Made by a program: the position numbers and the translations under genes. Shown piece by piece: positions 47,603 through 60,571 of a stretch of DNA of 64,000 nucleotides. Where the stretch lies: the NCBI RefSeq assembly GCF_006345805.1, contig NC_042997.1:11284001-11348000 (forward strand), read 5' to 3'. The stretch is from Octopus sinensis (Eukaryota). Within the stretch, counting starts at the first letter, position 1. Each line of letters begins with the position of its first letter. The notes below the pieces were generated by a model, which saw only the letters and a list, made by a program, of their open reading frames with translations, had not been told where the DNA came from and ran no database searches.

Positions 47603-48286
47603 ACTTAGGTAATTAAGTACGCCATAACAAGTGTGTAAAATAAAATTAAAAAATCACTATCTAAAAAAAAAACAAAAAAAAGTCAAGATAACCACAGTAC
47701 TTGACTGGTACTTTATTTTAATCGGTTCCAGAGAGATGAAAAGCAAAATTTATTTGGGCAAGATCTGAACGGAGGACGTAAGTAGCCGGAAGAAATACAA
47801 AGCATTTTTGGATACCCTAATGATTCTGCTCACTCCAGTCATGTAATAATCTGTTCTACTATAGGTACAAGGCCTGAAATTTTGTAGGAGGAAGTCAATT
47901 ATACGATCTCAGTATTCAACTGGCACGTATTTTTTCGACTTCGAAAGGACGAGAGGCAAAGCCAGCTTTGGCGGAACGTAAAGCCGGAAAAAAAAAAAAA
48001 TGGCGTTAGGTAATATTGTCCGGAATGTTAACGATTCTGCCAACTCAGTGTCTTGGTAATCATAATTCTAACAATAATAGATCAGCTGTGTAATCATAAT
48101 TCTTATCATTGGAAGTAAAAACTACTGAATACAAGGATTTTACGAAAAAGAACAAAGTGAAACGATGAACTTAAAAGGTTTCGTGTCCAGGAAGAAGAAA
48201 TATGAGGTGAAGTGCATTATTCATCCCGAAAGTGTTAACGGATAAATGAAGCAGGATAAGAACTAGTTGTAGGGGGTTCTACTTAA

Positions 48287-48912
48287 GAGTGGCCCCCGGT
48301 GCGCGCACTCGCGTACTCGCGCATCCGCGCTAGCTAGTCGTAACTAGTCGATCCTACAACGACTACCTAGTAAAATAAATAAAACACAAAATAAATAATT
48401 TTTTTGGATCTTTTCGGTTTGGACGGCAGTTTTTTCTAGCGGTGTCATATGAAATTGTCACCCATAATTATGACCCTAGTATCGATCTATTGCATTTCAA
48501 TCTGTTTTAGGGTTAGGGTTAGGGGGAAGGGTATCTTTTTTTCTTTAGAAATGTAAATAAACCCAATCTATTTCTTAAACGAGGGACATATTCATACGGC
48601 ACAATGTTTTCACCCCAATAGACGTCATTGATTGGTTGAAATTGCAGAAATTGAAAAAACAACAAATATTTTCTCAATAAAACCAAGAGAAAAAGATGTT
48701 TTATAAACACATTCTATCAGTATACGAAGTTTAAAAGTGTTAAGTTACGTGGAAATTATTTTAAAAAACTGCCGTTCAAACCGAAAAGATTCAATAATTT
48801 TCTTACACAAAGTAAATAATTTTTTTAAACAAAGTAAATAAAACACAAAGTAAGGATCGACTGGTCACGACTAGCTAGCGCGGATGCGCGAGTACGCGCA
48901 CCGGGACCACTC
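48287..48912. mobile_element. TTAA-flanked element with ~65-bp CpG-rich TIRs (Sola3-like signature) containing a nested GGATC MITE (48406-48792)
   Basis: TTAA|GAGTGG...CCACTC|TT(CTT)AA; arms GGTGCGCG..TACTCGCGCATCCGCGCTAGCTAGTCGT..AGTCGATCCT inverted. Confidence 0.65.
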
Positions 48913-49994
48913 TTCTTAAGTAATACCGCTGTAGGGTTTGCAAAGGAAGTTCTTTCACTTAAATTGATCGTACATTTCTGTGGTAATACATCGCAAATAA
49001 AAAAGCTTCCTCTTCTAGTTATTATAAAGTAGCTAAGACGTTAAGAAAGATCTCATGCTTAAAATTGATAAAGTATTTCGATAGTTTAAAAAAGAAAAAA
49101 AAAAAAAAGACACTGAAATTGAGTTTCTGTTTGACTAAGATATGAGTTTTTACGTGTACATTTTTAGAAGGCAATGCGATGTGCTGAAAATTTGGGTTCC
49201 ATATTTATCATATCCAGCAACCATATTTAGAAATATCTCTTAATTGGCATGAAAAGCGACTCGTCTCTGTAGGCTTATTGTTTTCTAAGCTGTTGAATGA
49301 TATATATTAATAAAAGCTTTTGAAAGTATTTCGAAAACTTCACTTTTATCATAAAAAATTTTACTTAAAACAGGCTTCTTCGAAATTAAAAGAAAAATAA
49401 TAAATATTGAATATGTATATTTTACAAGGGATTATTGAATAAATTTAATCTTTTTCTATTATTTCATGTGTGTTAAGAGTTAAATCAACAAACATCTGTT
49501 TCCTACTCTTTACACATAGGAAATAATGTAACCACAAAAAATAATTATAAAAAAAAGAACTTGCTTCGACAATAACTACTTACTCCATATTTCGTGAGCT
49601 GATAAACCACTTGGAAATTGAATTTGCTTTATCGACCAGGGGGTTATTAGACATTAATAAAATAGTCTACCCAAACTTAATAACTTTATACGCACGTATT
49701 TGCATTATTACATCTGTAAATAGCCAATCAGATAGAAGATAATTTGAAATACTACCCCACTCCTAATTTCACAGATCAGATTTTATATAAAACTTTAAGA
49801 GAACACGAAGGAACGAAGTTCGAACTAGTACGTTGGCACCAATCAATCGGTAAAGTCCCAAATACAATTTGTTGTGTTGTATAAGTAACCAACAATTGGA
49901 AACCTCTGACCAAGGGCAGATATGGAATATCTAGACGTAGATTATAATTCTAAATTTTTCCAGTCCTTTTCATACAACGAGAGGAAAATAGTTA

Positions 49995-50365
49995 AAATAG
50001 AGCGACGTGGTCCGACCCGTAAGTCGAAAGAATCAGACCCGTAAGCTTACGGGTCGGCCCACGCTGGATAGTCACGCTCTAGGTGACCGTCGCACCCCAA
50101 AGGGGTCAAGACTATATTGAGGGCTTGCAGTCGGCAGGTGGACGTCTCCGGGATCGTTCGGCAGGATGCCCGAGAGTTCAGCCTAAGACGCCGTCAGCCC
50201 GGCGGGTGGCCGCCGCCTTCACGCCACCTTGCTTTCTCCGTTCGTCCACGCGCCGCGGGGCCGTTAGCGGCAGGCCTGCGCCGGTCGCCCGTTCCTCCGC
50301 CGCGTTACCGTGCCCGAAATCGAAAGAACGAACCTAAGCTCGCGGTTTGGCCCACGTACGCGTGT
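49995..50365. other. Isolated GC/CpG island with hairpins; candidate promoter/first exon or structured RNA
   Basis: Strongly GC-rich in AT-rich flanks; 20-bp perfect palindrome 50036-50055; CCAAT boxes at 49724, 49839, 50491. Confidence 0.5.
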
Positions 50366-50814
50366 TCTGTTTATTTATATTTATACAAGTATAATGCTGA
50401 TTTTCTGGTACCCTTGGTTCTAGTTCCATACCGGATTATGCTGTAAAGGTTAAATGTAAGCAAAATTAGACGAAGAATTTCTACAAATCACCAATCAAAT
50501 ATTAAGATGACTACAAAAGGATACCTAACTTCCTCTTGTCGTCTGACATATAGCGGGAAATTCAACTGTCACAATATAAATATAGAAAAAAAAAATTAAA
50601 ATAAGCATAGAACCAGTTACCGGTTTAAAAAATGATTGGATCTATTCTCCACTTGTTATCTGGTGCCATCTATATAAACGTGCTCAAACACTGAAAACTT
50701 TACACGAAGAGTTCCAACGAAAAATATTTTTTCACTATGTCACAGGTAAATAATTGAATTTTATCCCTGACGAAGAACAGATCGAACTATACGAAATATA
50801 TTATGACATACCTA

Positions 50815-53730
50815 TGAAAGAAATTGTTGTATACAGTGTTCAGGTGCACAGCAACTAAAAAAAAAAAAGAAAAAAGAAACCGAAAAACTCACCAGGTGTA
50901 CTGTTGACGGATTTCAGGAAGCATGGAAGTTTTGAAGAATGTAGTGTTTCGACTGATGCAAGTAGTTTATTCCGTGCTTTTGAGCGTGAAAAGAGGTTTC
51001 CAAAAGTCATGGGTGCTGTGTTGTTTTTGATTTTGTGAGCATATCCACGAGTGTTTAACATACGGAATTCAAAAAGGTGACCAAGGCTGCTGTAGAAAAG
51101 ATGGGTGTCTACCATGTCAGTTGCCAGACGTCTGAATTTCAATGTGTCCATGCCCAGGGAAACAAGATGTTTAGAATATTGTAGATGCCTGACGGCGGGG
51201 TGTTCGTTTCGTTGTACGTTTCTGAACAGTTTCCAGATTTATATGCTGAGCAAGATAGGGGTTCCAGACGGGTAATGCAAATTCCAAGTGTGGAATTTTT
51301 TTTTTATGCGCCCTTTTCAAGCCTAGCCAGGTTCATGGGCTCGGTTTCCCGGTTTCTGTGGCGTATGTCCCCCCCCCCCCAGCTGGACGGGGCGCCAGTC
51401 CATCGTAGCGTTACTCAAGAAACAGGAAGAAAAAGTGAGAGAAAGTTGGGGCGAAAGAGTACAACAGGGGTCACCACCAACCCCTACCGGAGCCTCGTGG
51501 AGCTGTTTAGGTGTTTTCGCTCAATAAACACACACAACGCCCGGTCTGGGAATCGAAACCGCGATCCTCCGACCGCGAGACCGCTGCCCTAACCACTGGT
51601 CCATTGCGCCTCCACATGACGTATATGACGTACCATTGTCATATACAGTTTTAAATAGATAACTGGAGAGGTCTTACTGAGTGATGCTAGGACATCCTCA
51701 GCCTTCTTGACAATCCCTCCCAAAGTACATGGTGACGCACTTGTCCACAGCTAGCTTGGGTTGTCAGTCAGAGACCCATTGCTGCATTGTGTCCGGGTCT
51801 GATTGTAAGTAAGATCTATAGCGCATAAGATTTGTTCTTTTTATTTCGAGGTACAGCGTGATGTCATCTGCATATTTCAGCACTGTAACATTCCTCAAGT
51901 TGGTATCTATGTCATTAATATACGCAACAAACAGTAGGATTCCAAGAACGGATCCCTGTGGTACACCAGATGTCATATCGTAGGGTGAAAAATGATGTCC
52001 TAGAACCATAGCCACCTCTTTCCTACCGAGAATTAAGGACTTCAGCAAGTTATAGAGATCATCTTTCACACCCATAGCAGAGAGTTTTGCCATGAGTCGT
52101 TTGTGTAGCACAGAATTGAAGGTTTTAGCAAAGTCCAGGCAGATAACATCCACCCATGAGCCACCATCAGTAACTCGGGTGATGTCCTTAAGAAACTCGA
52201 TGAGTTACCTACAACAACTGGAGTTAAGGATAAATCCAAATTGTGAGGACTGAATACGGCTGCGTGAGCTCAAAAACATCCAGAGGGTTTCTCTGACACA
52301 GGACTCCATCAGTTTGACGATGCAGCTAGTAAGGTTGACTGGACGGTAGTTTACAGGTGATGAGCGACCATATTTTTGAACAGGGGAACGACACTGGCAA
52401 CTTTCCAGCGCTCTGGGGTGACACAGTTGTTAAGGCAGAACTGAAGGAAGAATGAAAGATGGTGCAAAAGAAAGAACCCGCCATGTTTGAGAAGCAAGTA
52501 ATACCATCAAGACCAAAAGAGACATAGTTGCACTCATTCTTGAGGTGGCGTCTCAGCATTGCAGGTGTGAATTTCACAGATGTTATGGAATCTGATGTCA
52601 GAGTTGGTGAAGAAGTTACATTTGGATTTTCAACAGTGAAAATGCCAGCATAGCATTCAGCAATAAACTCAGCACATTCTTTGGGGTCATCAGTGATCCG
52701 ATCTGTGAGGGGATAGTAAAGAGGGCCAACTGGAGATTGAGGTCTCTGCTTCGAACGCACATATTTCCAGAACACTTTGCTGTCAGTGCTGCTTGCTATA
52801 CGTTGTTCCAACTCAAGCACTACCTTTTTTGTTACTTACTTGAGATGATTGGATGATCTATTGCGTTTTCTATTCTCATCTGTTCTATGCTGTCTATATT
52901 TCTGTTCAGCATCACGACGATCTTTCCTGGCAAGTCGAACTGCTGCAGTCTTCCAAATTGTACTATTTTGATTTTTAGAGCGTTCGTGCAGTACTGATGC
53001 TTCACATGCAACCCAGATTGCACTGAGGATATTTTGAAAAACAGTATTGACGTCCATGGAATCGTAAAATTCAAACCAGTTTTGGATGTTGTAACTCATT
53101 ACGGCAACAGTTCTAGTCTACTTTGTTCCAGTCAAAGCGAGTGGTTTGGAAGTGGCAGTGCTTCTTGTTTCTGCCTATAAGAGACAGATTGGCAATGATC
53201 ATAGCATGGTCGGAGTTCCTTGATCATAACACTGATAACAGTTTCAGGAGTGGTGGTAAAGAACAGGTTCAAAGTGTTGTTATCTCTTGTGAGGGAGGTA
53301 ACTACTTGGAACCAGTTTGCATCCAGCACTACATTGAGGAAATCGTCTGCACTTTGCGACCAACGAAAAGTCTCCCAATCAGAGTAGTTGAAGTCACTAG
53401 CAATATAAAAAAAAAGTGGCTGCCTTCCTAGATGCAGCCCTGACGATTTCAAAAAGCTGTGTGTCTTGATGGGAATTTGGTGGGCGATAGACAGCTCCAA
53501 GTATCAGTGTCGACACATTTACGCGTAATTCGCAAAAGAGTGCCTCGTGTTGTAATTTGTTCAGGAATTGTTGAAAAGTTTGACCGAATGTAGATTATCA
53601 TGCCACCTCCACGAAGATTAGCACGGTCTTTGCGAAACAAGTTGTAACCAGTTATGCTAAAAATACCATCACAAAGTAGAGCGTGTGCCGAAACGAAATA
53701 TATACCGCCGGAAGTTGTTGTTGACAAACA
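50815..53730 (-). mobile_element. Degraded CR1-clade LINE (endonuclease + RT + 3' tail), interrupted by a SINE
   Basis: ITGYNLFRKDRANLRGGG (EN), CLDFAKTFNSVLH, GVPQGSVLG, YADD (RT); tail matches 10446-10845; frameshifts and deletions. Confidence 0.9.
51307..51615 (-). mobile_element. tRNA-derived SINE family 3 inside the CR1 LINE
   Basis: Reverse complement of the head at 62202- (GGCGCAATGG...GTGGTTAGGGCAGCGG...GGTTTCGATTCCCAGACC). Confidence 0.8.
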
Positions 53731-54589
53731 GCAGCAGTAATTTTATTCAGCTGTATAAAACGTCATTGATTGGTTGAAATTACCGAAATACGACAACTTT
53801 AAAACGAAATAACTTCGTAAATATAAACTTTTCTCAAAAATGCTAAGAGTAAAAAATATTTTATATGACACATTCTACCAGTATACGAAGTTTGAAAGTG
53901 TTTAGTTACAAAAAATTATTTTCTAAATCTACCGGTCAAAAGGTAAACTAGACTTAACAAAAGTACTGGGACCGATCTGTTCGACTAAACCCTTCGTGGT
54001 AGTGCCCAACATGGCCGCATTTCAATAACTAAAACAAATAAAAAATAAACGACTAGATAACAATAGGATCGAAACGAAATATTTCCAAATACGTAGTTTC
54101 AATTTAATCATTGTTGATCTTTTAAAACTGAATCTTCCGATCCCTACACGAAAAACAATGAAGGAACAAACTTCAATTGAAATCTTAATAACAAATCAAA
54201 GAGAAGGAAATATAAAACAATAAAAATATTTATTTATTTAAACAGAATATTCTACCCCAAACTTCTTTCATGCACAACCCTCTTCCGCCAAAAATAACTC
54301 ACAACATCATAAGAATTATATATATATTTTTATTGTATCCTATTTCCGTAAGTTTTCTCGTTACATTCTTGTTCTTTTGAAGAACCTAAAGAATTATCTA
54401 AAAAAGCCATTTAAAAAGAACAAAAAAAAAAAAAAATTATTATCTTGCAATTTTACAATTTTATGCTGTTTTCTGGCGGGTAAAAAAAGTATCGAAATTA
54501 ATTTTTTAATTGTGTTTTTCTTCCCAATAATGTTGCATTTTGTCAATGAAAGATTTAGCTATACGAACTGGACATTCTATGAGCAGTAA

Positions 54590-54612
54590 CGTACGCACGT
54601 ACACACACATGA

Positions 54613-54663
<51 letters not shown>

Positions 54664-54742
54664 ATATTATATATATATATATATTATATATATATATATA
54701 TGTATGTATATATATGTCTATATATATATATATAATATATAT

Positions 54743-54789
<47 letters not shown>

Positions 54790-55198
54790 GTCTATATATA
54801 TATATATAATATATATATATATAATATATATATATATATATTTAGATACACATACATATATATATGTATGTATATTTATATATATATATGTATATATATG
54901 TATATATATATGTGCATATATATATATATATGTGTATGTATATATATATGTATGTATATATATATGTATGTGTATATATATAGCGACTGAAGAAGGGGAT
55001 TTTTCGTTGTGCTTATTGTCCTGTATCTCTCTCTTTTTTTTTTTTGCTTGTCTTGTTCCTTGGTTTGTGTCTATGTGTTTCGTCTCTCTATGTGCTCGAC
55101 GTCTTTTTGGTGTCCTGTACACATATATGCGTGTATATGTACATGTAGAGGTAGGTACGTACATATATGTTTATATATATGCATATGTTCTATTTATT

Positions 55199-55267
<69 letters not shown>

Positions 55268-55300
55268 GTATGTACGTACGTTGTATATATGTGAGTGTGT
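54590..55300. repeat. Compound (AT)n/(ATGT)n microsatellite region with a unique spacer at ~54985-55130
   Basis: Direct inspection. Confidence 0.95.
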
Positions 55301-55480
55301 GTGTGTCGCATTACAAATGTATATGTATGTGTATGATTGTAGATGTAGACGCGCGTGTGTACTTAAATGTATGCGTATAAGTTTGCAGGAGGACTTTATG
55401 TCGGTATTAAAAAAAAATATTTTTCTCTTTTTCCCTTTTCTTCATTTTCAATATAAAAATAGATTTTCTTAAAAGCAACT

Positions 55481-55483
<3 letters not shown>

Positions 55484-55548
<65 letters not shown>
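55484..55548. repeat. (TCTA)n tetranucleotide microsatellite
   Basis: Direct inspection. Confidence 0.95.
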
Positions 55549-56518
55549 CCGACGGATTACCTCTATACCTTACTCTGATCCATGTTTAGGATCTTTTCGG
55601 TTTGAACGGCAGTTTTTAACATAATTTCTAGGCAACTAAGAAAATCTAAATTTCGTATACTGGTAGAATGTGTTTATAAAACATCTTTTTCTCTTGGCTT
55701 TATTGAGAAAATTCTATAGTTTGTAAGATATTTGTTGCTTTTTTTCTTCAATTTCTGCAATTTCAACCAATCAATTACGTCTATTGAGGTAAAAAGCATT
55801 CTGTGCCGTATGAATATGTCCCTCGTTTAAGAAACAGATTGGGTTTATTTACATTTGTGAAGAAAAAAAAGATACCCTTCCCCCACCCCTAACACTAACC
55901 CAAACCCTAACTAACCCTAACCCTATAACAGATTGAAATGCAATAGATCGATACTAGGGTCATAATTATGGGTGACAATTTCATATGACACTGCTAGAAA
56001 AAACTGCCGTTCAAACCGAAAAGATCCAGTTAAAATATTAAATTAAAAAAGAATAAAATAGAGTAATTATATTCTCTTTCCTAGTAACGTTACTCATCAG
56101 TGTCATTTTCCTCACTCAGCATATACAGTCATCAGCATTTTAGCTGATAGATCATACATGCGTTAATGTCGGTGATTTATTAACCTGAGCGATAATTAAT
56201 TTCTTATTAGTGATACCATTCATTAATGAATGGTGATACTATTCATTACTTCCTACTGAAGTATTTTATATAGTTCTCATAAAAGCGTTCTTCAATTAAT
56301 ATAATTTTATATCTAATGATTTTGACACGTTCTAATTTGCAATCCTAATTAATCTCGCATAACTTTTTTGTAGTGAATCATTCAACGCTTCGCCCCCCCC
56401 CCCCACCCCAGTACATATCATCTCCCAAGGGAAGTAAAATGCAATCTTGTGTAGGCGCAAATCCTAGCCGAGGTCAACTTCGCCATTTGGTCGTTCCCTG
56501 ACGATAAAATAAAGTACT

Positions 56519-56662
56519 ATAAGGTTGTCCCAAAAGTTCGTAGAAAGTCTTGGAAAATAATGGTCTTTATTTTGAGGAATAATTTTTGTTGTTTTTGTTA
56601 GTACTTGGCGAGTAAAAATTCAATTTTCGCAAGTGTTTACGAACTTTTGGGACAACCTAATA
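56519..56662. mobile_element. Tc1/mariner-type MITE
   Basis: TIR AGGTTGTCCCAAAAGTTCGTA / TACGAACTTTTGGGACAACCT in TA context. Confidence 0.75.
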
Positions 56663-56986
56663 TTATCTATGCAAGTGTATAAGACGGGTTATTATTTTTT
56701 TTAAATGTAACAACAATTGCCATTCGTCTAATACGACAGTCTAATTCGTCTAATCTATATTCAATTAATATAATTTTCGAGGGGTTTTAATGAAAGTTTT
56801 TTCCCCTTTTTCTCTCACACGTCTTCCCATTGATATCTTACCTCAGTTTCTTTCCCTTTTTTTCGTTTCTCTCGCCCGTAATTTCTTGTCCACGCTTGAA
56901 GATCACGAAGTTTTGCGTTACTCAGCAGTTGCAGTTAATTTCTCAAACGTGGACGATGCTAAACTCTGATAACTTTATTTTATTTC

Positions 56987-57423
56987 GGCGATCTTTGTCT
57001 CTAGTAGACCTTTCCGTCGATTTCCGTAAAAAAATTTTTTTTTTTACATATGGGCTTGCGGGAACTTTCGAAGTAATATACATACATATACACATACACC
57101 GAGTAAAAAAATTCAGTTATCTCTTTCTTACACACATTACTCTGTCTCTTCACACACACTAACAGAAGCACTTCACTTACACAACATACTGTCTGTCTCC
57201 CACACCCTATCAAACACACACACACACACACACGCACGCACACACACACGTCCATCAATGCTCCCATGCACGGTAACTTCAAAAGAACTTCCCTCGTCAT
57301 ACAATCGCTTACTCTTAGTCTCTTTCGCTCTCATTACTTCAAAAGTTCCCGCAAGCCCATATGTAAAAAAAAAATTTTTTACGGAAATCGACGGAAAGGT
57401 CTAACTAGAGACGAAAGATTGCC
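56987..57423. mobile_element. MITE with ~85-bp TIRs, GG termini and 8-bp TSD (Merlin-like signature)
   Basis: GGCGATCTTTG... / ...CGAAAGATTGCC; TSD TTTATTTC at 56979-56986 and 57424-57431. Confidence 0.75.
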
Positions 57424-57966
57424 TTTATTTCTCTTCTGTAGGATACTCAACTTCCCACGGTAATTTCTCTGTGCTATTTTTGTTAACATCTTTACACCAT
57501 ACATCATGACACTGTGATACACGATCCCTATTGATCGTTTTTTTTTCCTCTTCCCCTTTTTTCTTCTTTTTTCATTTTTCTTTTCTTTTCTTTTGTTCCT
57601 TTTCCCTTTTTTCTTTTCCTTTTTTTCTTCTTTTTCTTTTTGTCTTTTTGTTCTTTTCTCCCTTTTACGATCCCCTTTTGATCGAAAACCTACGCCAGCT
57701 TTTTTCTTTTTTTCTTTTTTTTCCATCGCCCCCAAAGAAAAGCTCTACCTTGTAACTTGTCCCATCTGTGTGGTGCAGCCCTGTGTGGCCAATAAAGAAA
57801 TTTATTATAATTATCCCCAGCTTCACCATCTGTCACATCACGTATCCTTTCACCATCATTCACCACCACCACCACCACCACCACTCATGGATTACCCTGA
57901 GTTCCTAATTCTAAGTGGCCTGACCACATTCGCATGAACGTCTGACTTTCGAGGAGTCTGTGTGTC

Positions 57967-57999
<33 letters not shown>

Positions 58000-59395
58000 G
58001 GCACACACACACACACACATACACACACACGCACACACACACACACACACACACAGACACACATACACACACACACTGTAGTCTATTATCAGGCGCCCAT
58101 AATTTAACGCAATGAGTCATAGAATATTTTCTCTATCTTTCCAGAGCATAAAGATTCATGAGTTTTGTTAATTTCGTGTTATATTTTGCTAGTTTGTTTT
58201 ACATCAAAATTGAACAAACTGCATGAAAGAGAAAAAAAAAAAAAAGAAAAAGGTGAAAGATAAGCTCCACATACTTGACCCAATTAAGCTCAAATCGCCC
58301 GAGGCCTTGAAATACCGGGATTAAAACCGTGTGACTGAAACTCTCAAGAATATTACACGCGTCGCTGTACAGAGTCGAAGTAGGACTAAAAGCCAAACTC
58401 ATAAGCCCAAGAGAGCCTTCAATTTTTCGTTCCTGTTGTCTAAGCTCGGGACGAGTTGTTCAACAAGCAGATCAATGGAGAAATCTAATAGTTCAAAGCT
58501 AGCACTTGATGACTAGACCGTTTTAACCCTTTTGATACCAACCCGGCCAAAACCGCCTCTGGCTCTGTAGTACAAATGTCTTACTTTTATAAGTATCGAA
58601 TTAAAATCTTCCACCAAACCTTAGTCACAATTTATGTTCCCAACACTAGTTTAATGATAACTAAGTTCTTTTACTAAATTCTTTGTTATATTTAAAATTA
58701 ACTGAATGAAACACAGAGCATCTCAAAATAAATACGGTAACAAAAGGGTTAAATGCCGTCACACGATTTCTAGAGCGTTAGAGTCAGGAGACAGGCACTC
58801 AACCGACAGTATCGCTGCTAGAGAAAACTCGGCTCAACTTTAAAAATAACCCTTACAACTTGGGCGACTACATGAGAGAACAAATATGAAATTGTCACCC
58901 ATAATTATGACTCTAGTATCGATCTATTGCATTTCAGTCTGTTTTAGGGTTAGGGTTAGAGGTGGGGGAAGGGTATATTTTTTTCTTCACAAATGTAAAT
59001 AAACCCGATCTGTTTCTTAAACGAGGAACATATTCATACGGCACAGAATGTTTTTTTTTTTTACCTCAATGGACGTCAGTGATTGGTTGAAATTGCAGAA
59101 ATTGAAGAAAAAAAGCAACAGATATCTTACAAACTATAGAATTTTCTCAATAAAGCCAAGAGAAAAAGATGTTTTATAAACACATTCTACCAGTATACGA
59201 AATTTAGATTTTCTTAGTTGCCTAGAAATTATGTTAAAAACTGCCGTTCAAACCGAAAAGATCCCAGTTTTGAGTAAACCAGACTGGAACGCGTCAGTTA
59301 GAACGGGCATGAGCAACCTTTTCGAGAAGTGGGCCGTATGAGACATGGATAATCAGGTGGGCCGTACTGTTACAAAAAAAAAAAAAAAAAAGAAG

Positions 59396-59805
59396 AGGCG
59401 CAGGAGTGGCTGTGTGGTAAGTAGCTTGCTAACCAACCACATGGTTCCGGGTTCAGTCCCACTGCGTGGCATCTTGGGCAAGTGTCTTCTGCTATAGCCC
59501 CGGGCCGAGTGGATTTGGTAGACGGAAACTGAAAGAAGCCTGTCGTATATATGTATATATATATATGTATGTGTGTGTTTGTGTGTCTGTGTTTGTCCCC
59601 CTAGCATTGCTTGACAACCGATGCTGGTGTGTTTACGTCCCCGTCACTTAGCGGTTCGGCAAAAGAGACCGATAGAATAATTACTGGGCTTACAAAGAAT
59701 AAGACCCGGGGTCGATTTGGTCGACTAAAGGCGGTGCTCCAGCATGGCCGCAGTCAAATGACTGAAACAAGTAAAAGAGTAAAAGAGTAAAAGAGTAAAG
59801 AGAAT
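59396..59805 (+). mobile_element. SINE family 1, full-length copy
   Basis: Consensus-like head and (GTAAAAGA)n tail. Confidence 0.85.
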
Positions 59806-60263
59806 CAAAATCGAGGTAATTTTTCGTTAAGCGTCCTGTTCAGAAAATCTCGCGGGTTGCAGTTTTCCAATGATTAACTTAGAGTATCTATTTCCACGTT
59901 GTCAAACGTGAAGTTGTTACCAATGGAGACCAGACACTGCAACACTACTTGAATGGGAAGAGTCATCTTCGAAAATTCGTTTTAGGAAACGAATTTTTGA
60001 CCCTGCTGTTGCGCTCATTGGCTTAAGTAAAAGACATAATGCAAGCTTTTATTTAATCATTTATATTTATTTATTTACTTGGCAACTGTGTCCATCTATT
60101 GGCCAGCTGACAGCTTCGAAACCTGTGACAGAATGTTTTCTTGATCTAAAGTTTAGCCCTAGATCAGGAAATCATCTTATTTATTATTAAAAATTAATTA
60201 CCAACATAATATGGCTGTCCTGTAAGGGACGTTGTTACTATTGTTACTGTTACTGTTTATGAG

Positions 60264-60571
60264 TGGAGGCACATGGCCTGGTGGTTAGAGCAGTGGACTC
60301 GCTGTCGAGGGATTGCGGGTTCGAATCTCAGACCGGGCGATGTGTGTGCTTATGAGCGAAACACCTAAGCTCCACGCGGCTCCAACAGAAGGTAATGGTG
60401 AACTTCTGCTGACTCTTTCGCCACAACTTTCTCTCACTATTTCCTCCTGCATCTTGCAGCTCACCCGCGACGGACCGGCGTCCCGTCCAGGTGGGGAACC
60501 TATACGCCAAGGAAACCGGGGAACTGGCCCTTATGAGCCAGACGTGACTCGAGAAGGAACAAACAAAAACA
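60264..60571 (+). mobile_element. tRNA-derived SINE family 3
   Basis: 12-bp TSD ACTGTTTATGAG (60252-60263, 60572-60583); A box TGGCCTGGTGG, B box GGTTCGAATC. Confidence 0.85.

Noticed and set aside
50108-50200. Resemblance to U3 snoRNA (AAGACTATA, GCCGTCAGCC) and, on the minus strand, to a twister loop (TGCCG..TGCAAGCCC)
   Set aside because: U3 boxes C', B, C and D are absent; twister P4 pairing and the UAA/GAGG elements do not form. No RNase P/MRP P4 helix or telomerase template CTAACCCT could be built either.
54540-55472. YIYI/CVCV-rich ORFs here and in SINE centres (e.g. 11369-11749, 14011-14329, 57892-58120)
   Set aside because: Dinucleotide microsatellite translations.
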